Position numbers and translations under genes: made by a program
The notes under the pieces: generated by a model
What the model saw: only the letters and a program-made list of their open reading frames with translations
Databases searched by the model: none
Told to the model about the DNA's origin: nothing
Shown: positions 17,819 to 27,674 of the stretch, piece by piece
How positions within the stretch are numbered: the stretch's first letter is position 1
Layout of the letters: the number at the start of each line of letters is the position of its first letter
Assembly: GCA_013334245.1 (NCBI GenBank)
Contig: JAAXXZ010000002.1
Location: 21,166 to 85,165, forward strand
Reading direction: 5' to 3'
Source: Candidatus Moraniibacteriota bacterium
GTDB lineage: Bacteria > Patescibacteriota > Minisyncoccia > Moranbacterales > UBA1568
DNA: 64,000 bases

Positions 17819-18955
17819 CTATCTGGCCTTCAACTTTTCCAGCGCGGCCTTTATCTGCACGATGAGCGTGTCTCCCTTGAGGAGTACGCTTTCGTATGTG
17901 AACCAGCCGCCACGAAGGGTGAAGAGGTGTAGCCATTGGCCAAACTTCTTGATAATCCGCTGAATAAGCTTTCTGGGGGGATTCGACCGATAGACGTCGG
18001 CCGCGATGCGGATTCGGCCGCTTTCCGCTTCCTTGAACATGGCACCTTCGTCGACCAGGCGTCCCGCACTCGTGTTGACGAAGATACTACCATCTTGAAT
18101 GAGAGACAATTCTTCTCTCCCGATGATGGGTCGGCCGTATTCCTTGATATACTGTGACATCCGGTCATCGATCGAGATGCGGCCTTCTTGATCGACATTC
18201 GCGTATGGGGAAACATGGAGCGTGACGATGTCGGAAGTACGGAGAAGTGTCTCCAGGTCGGCGTAGCCGACGTGCTCATTTTCCAGTTCTTCCTTACGGT
18301 GCAGCGAGTAGTACAGGGCGTTCATGCCGTATCCCGTAGCGATACGTGCCACTCTCTGTCCGATCCGGCCGAACCCGATGATACCGATCGTCTTTCCTTC
18401 GAACGTGTGGTACGGGATGGCATCCATCTTCGGCACGAAGAGCGATGTCTTCAGGAGTTCGTATACCCACTTCCCGCTTGCGACGTCTTTTGCCTGCCTT
18501 GAAGGCATCCTGTAGAGCGTATGAAGCAGTGAAAACACGTATTCGGCGACGGCGGTGGTTCCGTAGTCGGGAAGGGAGGTGACCTCTATTCCCATCTCCT
18601 TCGCCAGTTCCAGGTTGATCCGGTGATTTACCAGGTTCGTCCAGAATCCGATGTAGCGTATCTGCGGATTATTCCGGAGGACCTCGTCAGGAATGTTGGT
18701 CCAGCAGGTAACGACCGCATCCGCACCGGATAAACGCCGGTTGAGTTCCTGATTTGTCACCTCCTCCATGGCGAGAGCCGTGAAGCATACCGCTCCCGGG
18801 TCATGCGCCTGCTCATGCTGCAGTTTTTCGGTTACTTGCTGCGGCGTCAGGCCTGAATATTCCACGACCTCGTCCGCCAAGGAACGAAGTGTTTTCCACT
18901 GATCTTCCGACAGGATGATCCTGTCGAGAACGACCATTTTTTCGAACTTATCCAT
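17819..18955 (-). CDS. D-isomer-specific 2-hydroxyacid dehydrogenase family protein (NAD-binding) with ~55-aa C-terminal extension
   Basis: GKTIGIIGFGRIGQRVA Rossmann motif, catalytic-domain signature (IVTLHVSPYANVDQEGRI...VNTSAGRLVDEGAM), as in PGDH/LDH-D-like enzymes. Confidence 0.8.
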   Translation of the reverse strand: MDKFEKMVVLDRIILSEDQWKTLRSLADEVVEYSGLTPQQVTEKLQHEQAHDPGAVCFTALAMEEVTNQELNRRLSGADAVVTCWTNIPDEVLRNNPQIRYIGFWTNLVNHRINLELAKEMGIEVTSLPDYGTTAVAEYVFSLLHTLYRMPSRQAKDVASGKWVYELLKTSLFVPKMDAIPYHTFEGKTIGIIGFGRIGQRVARIATGYGMNALYYSLHRKEELENEHVGYADLETLLRTSDIVTLHVSPYANVDQEGRISIDDRMSQYIKEYGRPIIGREELSLIQDGSIFVNTSAGRLVDEGAMFKEAESGRIRIAADVYRSNPPRKLIQRIIKKFGQWLHLFTLRGGWFTYESVLLKGDTLIVQIKAALEKLKAR

Positions 18956-19006
18956 GATTGCCTCCGTTTGTTGTGCTGTTTGTGTGAATGCTGTAAGTAA
19001 TAAGAA

Positions 19007-19693
19007 TTAGAGAGTCAGATTCTTGAGATATCCTCCATCGACAGGAATTACTTTGCCCGTAATCCTTTCCTGGTTGCAAAGAGAATAGATTTCCCTCGCG
19101 ACCTCGATCGGTTCCAGTATCCTGCTTCCCAGAGAGTGACTGAGAAATTCCTCGATATCGCATTCGCCGTAAGCCTCTTCGATCATCGGCGTTCTGACCA
19201 GGCTGGGAGCGACACAGTTTGTGATAACGCCCTCGAGACCGAGGATAGCCTCTTCCATTTCCCTCTGGCATCCTTTTTCGAACGATGGAACAAGGGAGTC
19301 TGGCATGAGCGTGAAGAGCGAGCTGACCGCGCAGACATGCGTGATTCGACCCGGGTCCTGTGCTATGAGGCGGCGAATCAGTTCCACTCCGCCCATTTTC
19401 GTCGCCCGGTACGCCTCACGGTATGCTTCGTCTGCCGATCCGTCGCGCCTGAATATTCCGGCGCAGTGCACGATTTTGCTGATACCGAGCGGCTCGAGTC
19501 GCGGCAACAGTCCGTCGATTTCCTTTAGGTCGCTTACATCGAAAGAAATCCTCAGGGATCCATATAATTCGGGATTCGCGGCTATCTTGTTGATGTTTCT
19601 TCCGATGATGATGACTTTGTGATCCTCTCTGAAGAGGAGGGCCGTCGCAAGGCCTATTCCCGATGTTCCTCCGATGATCAGAACCACTTTCAT
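19007..19693 (-). CDS. SDR family short-chain dehydrogenase/reductase
   Basis: MKVVLIIGGTSGIGLATA (TGxxxGxG) and an active-site region (YRATKMGGVELIRRL, YxxxK-like). The track ORF extends to 19777, but the start at MKVV is more plausible. Confidence 0.8.
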   Translation of the reverse strand: MKVVLIIGGTSGIGLATALLFREDHKVIIIGRNINKIAANPELYGSLRISFDVSDLKEIDGLLPRLEPLGISKIVHCAGIFRRDGSADEAYREAYRATKMGGVELIRRLIAQDPGRITHVCAVSSLFTLMPDSLVPSFEKGCQREMEEAILGLEGVITNCVAPSLVRTPMIEEAYGECDIEEFLSHSLGSRILEPIEVAREIYSLCNQERITGKVIPVDGGYLKNLTL

Positions 19694-19881
19694 GTGCTGA
19701 TCCGCCTCGTTCACGTGATGCATTGTCTTCTCCGATTGGTTATGAATGAACGTTCCAACGCAGAATGGTAGCATCATCAGAACGAAAAGTCAATAGGAAA
19801 TGGCTTATAAGAAGCGCAATATTGACAACCGTATACAAAAGATATACACTAGGAATACGGAAATAGCCTGAATATGGCCGT

Positions 19882-20658
19882 ATGAAGAAGAACGAAACGT
19901 ACCAAAGTCTCTACACTTCGCTGAAAGAATTGGGTCTCGGGGACATGGAGGCCGATTTATACATGGTTTCGCTGAAGCTCGGACCGAGTCGGATTTCCGA
20001 TATCGCCAAGCATTTGGGAATCTCCCGTCCCAATGTCTACAAGGTCATACGGTCGTTGGAAAAGCATGCCTTGGTCCGATATTCCGAAAAGGACAAGTAC
20101 TCGAGGAGTTTCATGGTCGAGCCGCCGAGTCTTGTCTTGGAGGCTTTGAGAAAGAGAAAGAGTCGGCTATCCAAGATTGACGAGGGATTGGTCCTGGAGA
20201 TGCCGGATCTGTTGGCGACGTATCATCAGGGCGAAGGATCTACCAAAATAAAGGTCCTGAAGGGAAAAGAACAGTACATCAAGATATTCAATCAGTCGGT
20301 CGAGGAGGAAGACAAAGAGATCCAGTTCTGCGGATCTTCCGGGGACTTCATCGACTTCATTTCCTGGGATGTGGAGAATGACTGGATCAAGAAACGGCTC
20401 AAACGGAATATATCGATCAAGGTCCTGACGGTGCCGGGGGTTATTCCCGATAACCTGAAATCGAGGGATGATCGGGAAAAGCGCGAGACACGAATCCTTC
20501 AGGTCGCGAATCCCTTCCGGTCGTCCTTCATGCTCTACGCCAACAAGATGATCATCTGGCAGCCGGAGGCTCCGCTCGCGGTCCTCGTCGAGGATATCTA
20601 CATCGTCAGGATGATGAGGGAGTTGTTTGATGTGCTGTGGATTGGTTCCGAGCCCTGA
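19882..20658 (+). CDS. TrmB family transcriptional regulator
   Basis: N-terminal winged HTH (LKELGLGDMEADLYMVSLKLGPSRISDIAKHLGISRPNVYKVIRSLEKHALV) plus a C-terminal TrmB-like domain. Confidence 0.75.
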   Translation: MKKNETYQSLYTSLKELGLGDMEADLYMVSLKLGPSRISDIAKHLGISRPNVYKVIRSLEKHALVRYSEKDKYSRSFMVEPPSLVLEALRKRKSRLSKIDEGLVLEMPDLLATYHQGEGSTKIKVLKGKEQYIKIFNQSVEEEDKEIQFCGSSGDFIDFISWDVENDWIKKRLKRNISIKVLTVPGVIPDNLKSRDDREKRETRILQVANPFRSSFMLYANKMIIWQPEAPLAVLVEDIYIVRMMRELFDVLWIGSEP

Positions 20659-20707
20659 ACGGTAGCATTTCATCGATATTAATCCATAATCAGTAGAAAT
20701 AAGTCCT

Positions 20708-21085
20708 ATGCAGTCCAACAACGGGAAAATATTCCTAAATACGGTCTTCTGGGGATTCGTGCTCTGGCTCGTCGGCTATGTGCTGGGTATCGTTTTCTTC
20801 GCTCTTGTGCCCAAGGAGCAGATCGGGTACTTCGTCATGCCACTTGGTATAGCGTTCACCTTGTGGGTGTTGTGGAAGAAGATAGAGCGGGAGGAACTCA
20901 TATGCTATTTCGGACTGGGCATTATCTGGACGATCATGGCGATCATTTTGGACTATCTTTTCAATGTGAAATTGTTTCACCTGACCGATTACTACAAGCC
21001 GGATGTGTATCTGTACTACGTCCTAACCTTTGTCTTGCCAGTTGCCTTCGGGTGGTATAGGTTCAAGGTGGATAAAGGGCAGTAG
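20708..21085 (+). CDS. Hypothetical small membrane protein (4 TM)
   Basis: ORF with four hydrophobic helices. It is slightly AT-richer than its surroundings. Confidence 0.5.
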   Translation: MQSNNGKIFLNTVFWGFVLWLVGYVLGIVFFALVPKEQIGYFVMPLGIAFTLWVLWKKIEREELICYFGLGIIWTIMAIILDYLFNVKLFHLTDYYKPDVYLYYVLTFVLPVAFGWYRFKVDKGQ

Positions 21086-21216
21086 GGGAGATTATATGGT
21101 ACTCGTCATTGGTCATCCCGGGCTAGACCCGGGATCCAGAGCATAGATTCCGGCTCAAAGTCCGGAATGACAGGAAAAAGAATTTCAACAGGTTTAAACC
21201 ATTCATTTGTACGAAT

Positions 21217-21525
21217 ATGTCCAAGATTTGCAACGCGTGCGGGATGCCGCTTGAGAAGAAAGAGGATTTTGCGGGAGGGAACGAGGAGATGGATTATTGT
21301 CTTCATTGCGCGGATGAGAGCGGAAGCGTGCATTCGTGCGAGGAAATCTTTGAGGGAGGCGTTCAGTTTTTCATGGGGGCGACGGGTGCGGACCGCGCAC
21401 TCGCGGAGCGCGTGACACGCAAGAATATGAAGGGGCTGCCATATTGGCAGGGGAAGACCTGCACCATACTCGAAGGGGAGGAAGCGACCGACGCCGAGTT
21501 CGCTGAGGCGCTCGCAAAGCTGTGA
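21217..21525 (+). CDS. Zinc-ribbon domain protein
   Basis: Two Cys pairs (CNACGMP ... CLHCADE), as in zinc-ribbon family proteins. Confidence 0.6.
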   Translation: MSKICNACGMPLEKKEDFAGGNEEMDYCLHCADESGSVHSCEEIFEGGVQFFMGATGADRALAERVTRKNMKGLPYWQGKTCTILEGEEATDAEFAEALAKL

Positions 21526-21857
21526 GAGAGGATATGACTACCAAATCGTACAAACTCGTCGTGTTCGTGCCGATCACGTATGCGGACGCGGTGCGGGAAG
21601 CGATGGGAAAGGTCGGGGCTGGGAAGATCGGAAACTATACGCACTGCTCGTTCAGTTCGCGTGGGACGGGGCGGTTCCTGCCCGGGGAAGGCGCGCATCC
21701 GTCGATCGGTGAAGTCGGAAAACCTGAGGAGGTCGAGGAGGAGCGGATCGAAGTCTTATGTACCGAGGAATCGATCGATGCGGTCATCGCCGTGATGAAA
21801 TCAGCCCATCCGTACGAGGAAGTCGCGTACGATGTGTATCCGTTGGAGCTGCGGTAG
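21522..21857 (+). CDS. Hypothetical protein (Nif3/YqfO C-terminal-like fold suspected)
   Basis: KLVVFVP...AVREAMGKVGAGKIGNYTHCSFSSRGTGRFLPGEGAHPSIGEVGKPEEVEEERIEV resembles the inserted domain of NIF3-family proteins. Unverified. Confidence 0.5.
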   Translation: MREDMTTKSYKLVVFVPITYADAVREAMGKVGAGKIGNYTHCSFSSRGTGRFLPGEGAHPSIGEVGKPEEVEEERIEVLCTEESIDAVIAVMKSAHPYEEVAYDVYPLELR

Positions 21858-21966
21858 AGTAGAGTGAGGCGGGGAAGGGGAAAACGGTCTTCGGACCGTT
21901 TTTCTTTGTCCGGAACCGTGATAGACTGTCGCGGTACCCGTCGTCCGATGATGCCAGCCGAATCCT

Positions 21967-23130
21967 ATGAAAAAAATGTCGCCGAAATCACTCATCCTCT
22001 TTACCGTCTTTGTCGACGTGCTGGGTATCGGGGTGGTCATTCCGGTATTGCCGTTCTACATCGGCACGTTCAATTCGTCCCCGCAGGTCGTGACGTGGCT
22101 TATCGTCGCGTTCTCCTTCTTTTCGTTCCTTTCGGCGCCGCTGCTCGGGACCCTGTCCGACCGATTCGGACGGCGACCCGTTTTTCTTGTCAGCATCTTC
22201 AGTACGTTCCTTGGGTGGCTCGTCTTCGCGATGGGACAGAGTCTCTGGGTCCTGTTTCTCGGACGCATTATCGACGGACTCGCGGCAGGAAATATCTCGA
22301 CGGCACAGAGCGCGCTTTCCGATATCGCCAAAGACCGCAATGAGCGGATGCACAACCTCGGTTCTATCGGCGCGATATTCGGCATCGGGTTCATCATCGG
22401 TCCGTTGGTGGGAGGATTTCTCGGGAGCATCGACCATCGGCTGCCGTTCCAGTTCGTCGCGGGGCTCGCGTTCGTCAACTTCGTTCTTGCGGTATTTCGT
22501 CTTCCCGAAACCAGGAAGGGCGATTTTTCCGGACAATTCGATATTTCGCTCGCGGATCCGACACTTCCGATCCGGAGCGCCTTCCGCGACCGTGCACTTC
22601 GACCGACGTTCCTCGCCTGGTTCCTGTTTGGAACGGCATTCGCCGCGCAGCAGTCCGTCTTCGCACTCTATATGGGGAGGCTGTTCGGATCCGGAGAGGT
22701 GGTCGTGGGACTTTTTATGACCGGCGTCGGGGTCATGATCGCGCTCAATCAGGGATTTCTGCTCAAAAAATTCTGGCTGAAGCGGTTCACGGAACATGCG
22801 CTCGAGCCCGTGCTGCTCGCGCTGCTTTCCATCGCGTTCCTGGTCATGGGACTTCCGTGGTTCTGGGCCTTTACGGCAGGAATCGTCCTTTTGTCCGCCG
22901 TCCAGCCGGTTATCCGTGTCATCATGAACGGCCGTTTCGCACACGAGGAATCCCGAAGAGGTGAGCTTCTCGGCATGTCTGCGTCCGTCATGTCGCTTTC
23001 GATGATCGTAGGACCTATCGTGGCCGGGTGGCTGTTCGATATCAGGCCGTTCCTCCCGTTCGTGTTCGCGGCCGCGGTCGTCGCGTTTACGCTCGCCTTG
23101 CTTCGGCGGAATCGTGGCGTTCTCGCGTGA
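21967..23130 (+). CDS. MFS transporter
   Basis: 12 predicted TM helices and the MFS motif GTLSDRFGRRPV between TM2 and TM3. Confidence 0.85.
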   Translation: MKKMSPKSLILFTVFVDVLGIGVVIPVLPFYIGTFNSSPQVVTWLIVAFSFFSFLSAPLLGTLSDRFGRRPVFLVSIFSTFLGWLVFAMGQSLWVLFLGRIIDGLAAGNISTAQSALSDIAKDRNERMHNLGSIGAIFGIGFIIGPLVGGFLGSIDHRLPFQFVAGLAFVNFVLAVFRLPETRKGDFSGQFDISLADPTLPIRSAFRDRALRPTFLAWFLFGTAFAAQQSVFALYMGRLFGSGEVVVGLFMTGVGVMIALNQGFLLKKFWLKRFTEHALEPVLLALLSIAFLVMGLPWFWAFTAGIVLLSAVQPVIRVIMNGRFAHEESRRGELLGMSASVMSLSMIVGPIVAGWLFDIRPFLPFVFAAAVVAFTLALLRRNRGVLA

Positions 23131-23190
23131 TCCGGGGTACAGTAGTGGCATGGATGCTCTCCGCCTTGAAGCGTCGGAAAGCGGGAGTGT

Positions 23191-23574
23191 GTGGACTCAT
23201 GGTATACCGCTATGAACCGCGAACTGACCCCCGAAGAAGGGCGCGTGATCGTCGGCAAGGGGACGGAGCCTCCGTTCTTGGGGAAGTATGACGATTTCTT
23301 CGAATCGGGGACGTATCGTTGCCGGCGGTGCGGTGTCGCGCTCTATCGTTCCCGTGACAAGTTCCCTTCCGGTTGCGGCTGGCCGAGCTTCGACGACGAG
23401 ATTGCCGGTGCGGTCACGCGCGTTCCCGATGCGGACGGGCGACGGACCGAGATTACCTGCTCGTCCTGCGGGGCGCATCTCGGACACGTGTTTACGGGTG
23501 AGGGGATGACGCCGAAGAATGTGCGACACTGCGTCAATTCGATCTCGCTTGAGTTTGAGAAAGAAAAGGAATAG
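23191..23574 (+). CDS. msrB: Peptide-methionine (R)-S-oxide reductase
   Basis: Zn-binding CxxC pairs ([21 protein letters not shown]) and the catalytic RHCVNS motif. Confidence 0.9.
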   Translation: MDSWYTAMNRELTPEEGRVIVGKGTEPPFLGKYDDFFESGTYRCRRCGVALYRSRDKFPSGCGWPSFDDEIAGAVTRVPDADGRRTEITCSSCGAHLGHVFTGEGMTPKNVRHCVNSISLEFEKEKE

Positions 23575-23801
23575 CCTTCTGTCATCCCGGACTTGTCACA
23601 GTCGTTCTCGAACGACGTGACTTGATCCAGGATACAAGATGTGAGAGTGGGGAGGATGTGGATTCCGGGTCAACCCGCATACGCCGGTCGGAAGCCCGGA
23701 ATGACATGTGGGAGCATCTTGATATCGACATACTGCGTTATTCAGAGTCAGGATGCCGATATTCTGATGATAAGTCGGAATAATCCGTAACTGAAAATCC
23801 T

Positions 23802-24317
23802 ATGAATACGCGACAGACCGAAACAGCCTATTTCGCGGGAGGGTGCTTTTGGGGCGTCGAGTACTGGATGAAGCGGCTCGACGGCGTGTTATCGGTACGA
23901 TCCGGGTATATGGGCGGAACGGTTCAAAATCCGACCTATGAGGAAGTGTGTACCGGGAAGACCGGACACGCGGAAACGGTTGAAGTCGTCTTTGACTCGA
24001 AACGGACATCATATCGCGACCTTGCAAAACGGTTCTTCGAAATTCATGATCCGACCGAGCTGAATCGGCAGGGTCCAGATATCGGTACGCAGTACCGGTC
24101 GGCAGTCTTTTATACGGACGAAGATAAGAAGCGGCTCACCGGGGAACTGATCGGCATTCTTCGCGACCGGGAATACGACGTACGGACGGAAGTCGTCCCT
24201 GCCGAGACCTTCTATAATGCGGAGGACTATCATCAGGAGTACTATGACAGGTCCGGAGGTGCGCCGTACTGCCATACTCCGGTCGACCGATTCGGGAAAT
24301 CGACCGAGGGACGTTGA
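23802..24317 (+). CDS. msrA: Peptide-methionine (S)-S-oxide reductase
   Basis: AYFAGGCFWGVE (catalytic GCFWG motif), TGHAETVEVVFD, YHQxYY. Confidence 0.9.
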   Translation: MNTRQTETAYFAGGCFWGVEYWMKRLDGVLSVRSGYMGGTVQNPTYEEVCTGKTGHAETVEVVFDSKRTSYRDLAKRFFEIHDPTELNRQGPDIGTQYRSAVFYTDEDKKRLTGELIGILRDREYDVRTEVVPAETFYNAEDYHQEYYDRSGGAPYCHTPVDRFGKSTEGR

Positions 24318-24392
24318 CAAAACATCCGGGATAGGCAAGAATCACCAGTTGTCGTTTTCCAATAACAAAGAAGAGAAAAAAGGAGGTGCCGG

Positions 24393-24888
24393 TATGTCAA
24401 AGTCAATCGAGACGACCATACTCTGGACGGGAGGGAAAGATAAGGCTTTTTCCGGACAGAAGAACGAATTCGTTGCCGTTTTTGGCGGACTCTTCAGAGA
24501 TCTGTTCGGAGTTCTTCCCGGTTTCCGTGTGCCGAAACGGGAAAGAGGGTGTCCGTTCGGGTATGTCGCTATTTTCGGAGAAAAAGAAGTCCTTCGTCTG
24601 GCGCATCCCGATCCGGACCGACCGTTTTCCCGTCGTCCGGATAAATCGCTCGAGAGCGAATTTCTGCTCTCGGTCGACATATCGGACATGTCGGAAGAGA
24701 TACGTGATATGTTCCTGGACGCCCTGTTCCGGTTCCTGACCTACGGACGGGGGCATATAGGGAGAACGTCGAGGATATTTCAGGAGCGGTTGTTGGTGAA
24801 CGGTACCTTCATACGGCTGCCGGACGTGATGCAGGAGTCGGTCGAGCCACAGTGCACAGAGTTTATGAAAGCCATCCTGAAGGAATAA
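24393..24888 (+). CDS. Hypothetical protein
   Basis: ORF with a strong RBS (aaaggaggtgccggtATG). The track ORF from 24217 overlaps msrA, so I prefer the internal start. A terminator follows at about 24860-24902. Confidence 0.55.
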
Positions 24889-24955
24889 GGGTGGCTTTTT
24901 GTTAGAGGAAAGTACGCGCATCTCCCGTATGCTATGATGCCGGTATCGATCCGTC

Positions 24956-25678
24956 ATGTTTATGCGCGAGATTCCGAAATCCATTCCTATCCTTCTCACC
25001 GTCATGTTCCTGCTTTTCACGGCAGCCGTCGTTCTTTTTGGTAAGCCGTCCGAGCCAACGGTTCCGAATCAAACTCCGGTATCACCGGGTTCGACTTCGA
25101 ATGTACGGATGAACGGCCTGTCGGAGTCGGATCAGGTTTCGTCGGTGACGTCGGAATCGGGGGACGGTTCAAACTTCGTCCCGCCGTTCGCGCTCGCGAA
25201 CGAACGCGTGACGAAAAAGCCGTTCGGCATCTTTATCACGAAAGCCGCGTCGCCGGTTCAACCGGAACGGTTTTCGGGGTATCATACGGGAACGGATTTC
25301 GAAGTCTTTCCGGATGAGACGGATACTGACGTGGGCGTATCGGCAATCTGCGACGGCACACTGCTTATGAAACGCTCTGCAAGCGGTTACGGTGGCGTCG
25401 CGGTCCAATCGTGCGCATACGATGGGCGGCCGATAACGGTCGTATACGGTCATCTACGACTTTCAAGTATCCGGGTAAAGGTTGGGGAACCGATTGCCGC
25501 CGGTGATTTCCTAGGAAATCTTGGAGCGGGATACTCTTTGGAAACGGATGGGGAGCGGAAGCACCTCCATCTCGGAATACACAGGGGAGACATCGTCGAC
25601 ATACGCGGGTATGTGACGACCGTTCGACAGATGTCGGACTGGATGGATCCGTATGAACTGATACACTCTCAGCAATAA
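24956..25678 (+). CDS. M23 family metallopeptidase (LytM-like), membrane anchored
   Basis: N-terminal TM. The C-terminus carries the M23 motifs HTGTDF...VYGHL...HLHLGIH. Confidence 0.8.
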   Translation: MFMREIPKSIPILLTVMFLLFTAAVVLFGKPSEPTVPNQTPVSPGSTSNVRMNGLSESDQVSSVTSESGDGSNFVPPFALANERVTKKPFGIFITKAASPVQPERFSGYHTGTDFEVFPDETDTDVGVSAICDGTLLMKRSASGYGGVAVQSCAYDGRPITVVYGHLRLSSIRVKVGEPIAAGDFLGNLGAGYSLETDGERKHLHLGIHRGDIVDIRGYVTTVRQMSDWMDPYELIHSQQ

Positions 25679-25687
25679 TAATGGCTT

Positions 25688-26302
25688 ATGGACAAGAAAG
25701 TGATCATATTCGATTTCGACGGGACGATAGCGGACACGTTTCCGGTTTTCGTCGAATTCGCCCGCAGTGAGGGCTTCGATTTCAGTCCGGAGGAAACCGA
25801 AGAACTTCGGAATTTTTCCATGCGCGACGTAATCGCGAAACTGGACATATCCATGTGGAAAGTCCTGTTTCTTGCGAGCAAGTTTCACGGATATTTCCAA
25901 AAAGCGTCTCCGCGGGTGCCCCTGTTCGAGGGAATCGTCGATGTGATCCGAGATCTCCGTGAGAGTGGACACACCCTGGCGATCGTGACGTCGAACAGTC
26001 GATCGAACGTGGAGAATCTCCTGAACCGTGACGGAATTTACGATTGTTTCGAAACAATACATTCCGAACGAAGCCTTTTCGGAAAAGCGAGACCGCTGCG
26101 AAACATCATGCGACAGCTGCGGGCACTGCCAAACGATGCATGGTACGTTGGCGACGAGGTTCGTGATGTGGAAGCCGCGCGCGGAGCCGGAATGAGATCG
26201 CTGGCCGTTTCCTGGGGGTTCAATTCCGAGTCGGCGTTACGGGCGTCGCATCCGGATAGTCTCGCCTTCGAGCCTTCCGAACTGTCCTCGCTTCTCAACT
26301 GA
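25688..26302 (+). CDS. HAD-IA family hydrolase (phosphatase)
   Basis: MDKKVIIFDFDGTIADT (DxDGT motif I), VTSNS (motif II), and the GDEVRDVEAARGAG (DD) motif. Confidence 0.85.
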   Translation: MDKKVIIFDFDGTIADTFPVFVEFARSEGFDFSPEETEELRNFSMRDVIAKLDISMWKVLFLASKFHGYFQKASPRVPLFEGIVDVIRDLRESGHTLAIVTSNSRSNVENLLNRDGIYDCFETIHSERSLFGKARPLRNIMRQLRALPNDAWYVGDEVRDVEAARGAGMRSLAVSWGFNSESALRASHPDSLAFEPSELSSLLN

Positions 26303-26655
26303 TGTCATTCTATCGTATGAGTCCCGCCACCTTGCCGATCCTTGTCGGAGTAGCGCTGTCCTTCATCACCGTCGGGGCGGACTATCTTGTCAAAAGGTCT
26401 TCACAGGCACCTGGCTTTTGGGGATGGCGATCATTGTTGCTGGGCGCCACGATTTACGCGCTGACAGCGGTAGGCTGGTTCTTCGTCATGCGCTATGTGA
26501 AACTCTCGGTTCTCGGCGTGCTATACGCGGTAACCTGTGCCGTTCTCCTCGTCTTTCTCGGAGTGGCGCAATTCCATGAGCGACTCGTCTGGCAGGAGGT
26601 GATGGGGGTCGCATTCGCTCTCGTTTCATTGGTTCTCCTGTCGAGATTCGCATAA
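26302..26655 (+). CDS. DMT-superfamily small membrane protein (EamA/SMR-like, 4 TM)
   Basis: 117 aa, four TM helices. Overlaps the HAD stop (TGATG). ArnE/EamA-like topology. Confidence 0.6.
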   Translation: MSFYRMSPATLPILVGVALSFITVGADYLVKRSSQAPGFWGWRSLLLGATIYALTAVGWFFVMRYVKLSVLGVLYAVTCAVLLVFLGVAQFHERLVWQEVMGVAFALVSLVLLSRFA

Positions 26656-26667
26656 ACGCGAACACAA

Positions 26668-26700
26668 AAAAAGACCCGCCGAAGCGGGTCTTTTTTTCCG
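26668..26700. terminator. Bidirectional rho-independent terminator
   Basis: aaaaaaagacccgccgaagcgggtcttttttt between convergent genes. Confidence 0.8.
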
Positions 26701-26709
26701 ACTACCGTA

Positions 26710-26991
26710 TTAGTAGCGCGGGCGATCGTCGCGGCGCGGGCGATCCTCAAGCGGGCGGGCCTCGTTGACCACGAGCTCACGTCCGTCGAGTTCCTTTCCG
26801 TTCCACATGTCGATAGCCTTGTCGGCATCGGCATCTTCCATCTCGACAAAACCGAAACCGCGGGAGCGGCCCGTCATTTTGTCCATGATGACTGCAACCG
26901 AGACGACGGTTCCTGCCTGCTGGAAAGCGGCGCGGAGTCCCTCATCAGTCGTGTTGTAGGAAAGATTGCCAATGTAAAGCTTCTTTGCCAT
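26710..26991 (-). CDS. RRM-domain RNA-binding protein
   Basis: KLYIGNLSY (RNP2) and RGFGFVEM (RNP1) motifs, with an Arg/Asp-rich tail. Confidence 0.85.
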   Translation of the reverse strand: MAKKLYIGNLSYNTTDEGLRAAFQQAGTVVSVAVIMDKMTGRSRGFGFVEMEDADADKAIDMWNGKELDGRELVVNEARPLEDRPRRDDRPRY

Positions 26992-27224
26992 ATCTTCGAT
27001 AGAATCCTGAATTTACGCGTAAGACGACCTTCTTCTGGCGCGCCTCAGGTCGAATGGCCTTAACGCGCTCCCTTGCCGGCAAGCCGGGTGGGAAAAACCA
27101 AAAAGAAAACTTACAGGGCCATTATAGCGTAAAGGCGCGGAAAAGGCAAGTCCTGGCTGGAGACGGTCGAAAATCGGTCTTGAAGGGCATGGTATACTGA
27201 ATCAATAATCCGTTCCGAAACCAT

Positions 27225-27590
27225 ATGACATATTTTTTGGGAAATATCGCCGATAAGACGCTTGGCAATGTCAATTATCGCGAAGTTCTCTATTCCGGTC
27301 CGAAAATGCAGCTCGTGGTTATGTCTCTCGAGCCTGGAGAAGAGATCGGGGAGGAGATTCACGCGGATCACGATCAACTTCTTCATTTTGAGGCTGGTGA
27401 GGGAAAGGCGGTTCTCGATGGCGTCCCACATGACGTCAAAGTGGGTGACGTAGTCATCGTTCCGGCGGGAATGCGGCACAACATCATCAACTCCTCGACC
27501 GATGCCATGATGAAGCTTCATACCGTGTACGCGCCGCCGGAGCACAAGCCGGGGACGATACAGCCGCGGAAACGCGACTCGATATCATGA
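27225..27590 (+). CDS. Cupin domain protein
   Basis: Cupin motifs G(x)5HxH(x)3E...G(x)5PxG(x)2H: EEIHADHDQLLHFEAGEG...VIVPAGMRHNI. Confidence 0.7.
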   Translation: MTYFLGNIADKTLGNVNYREVLYSGPKMQLVVMSLEPGEEIGEEIHADHDQLLHFEAGEGKAVLDGVPHDVKVGDVVIVPAGMRHNIINSSTDAMMKLHTVYAPPEHKPGTIQPRKRDSIS

Positions 27591-27674
27591 CGAACCATTT
27601 CGGATGCCATAGCGGCGTCCGATTTTTTTTACTTGCATCGTTTGTGGTATACTTGACGTATCGTTATCACGAAT

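Noticed and set aside
21988-23151. 387-aa ORF on minus strand fully antisense to the MFS transporter gene
   Set aside because: Arg/Glu/Asp-rich low-complexity translation typical of a GC-rich antisense frame. The sense strand has a clear MFS signature with 12 TM helices.
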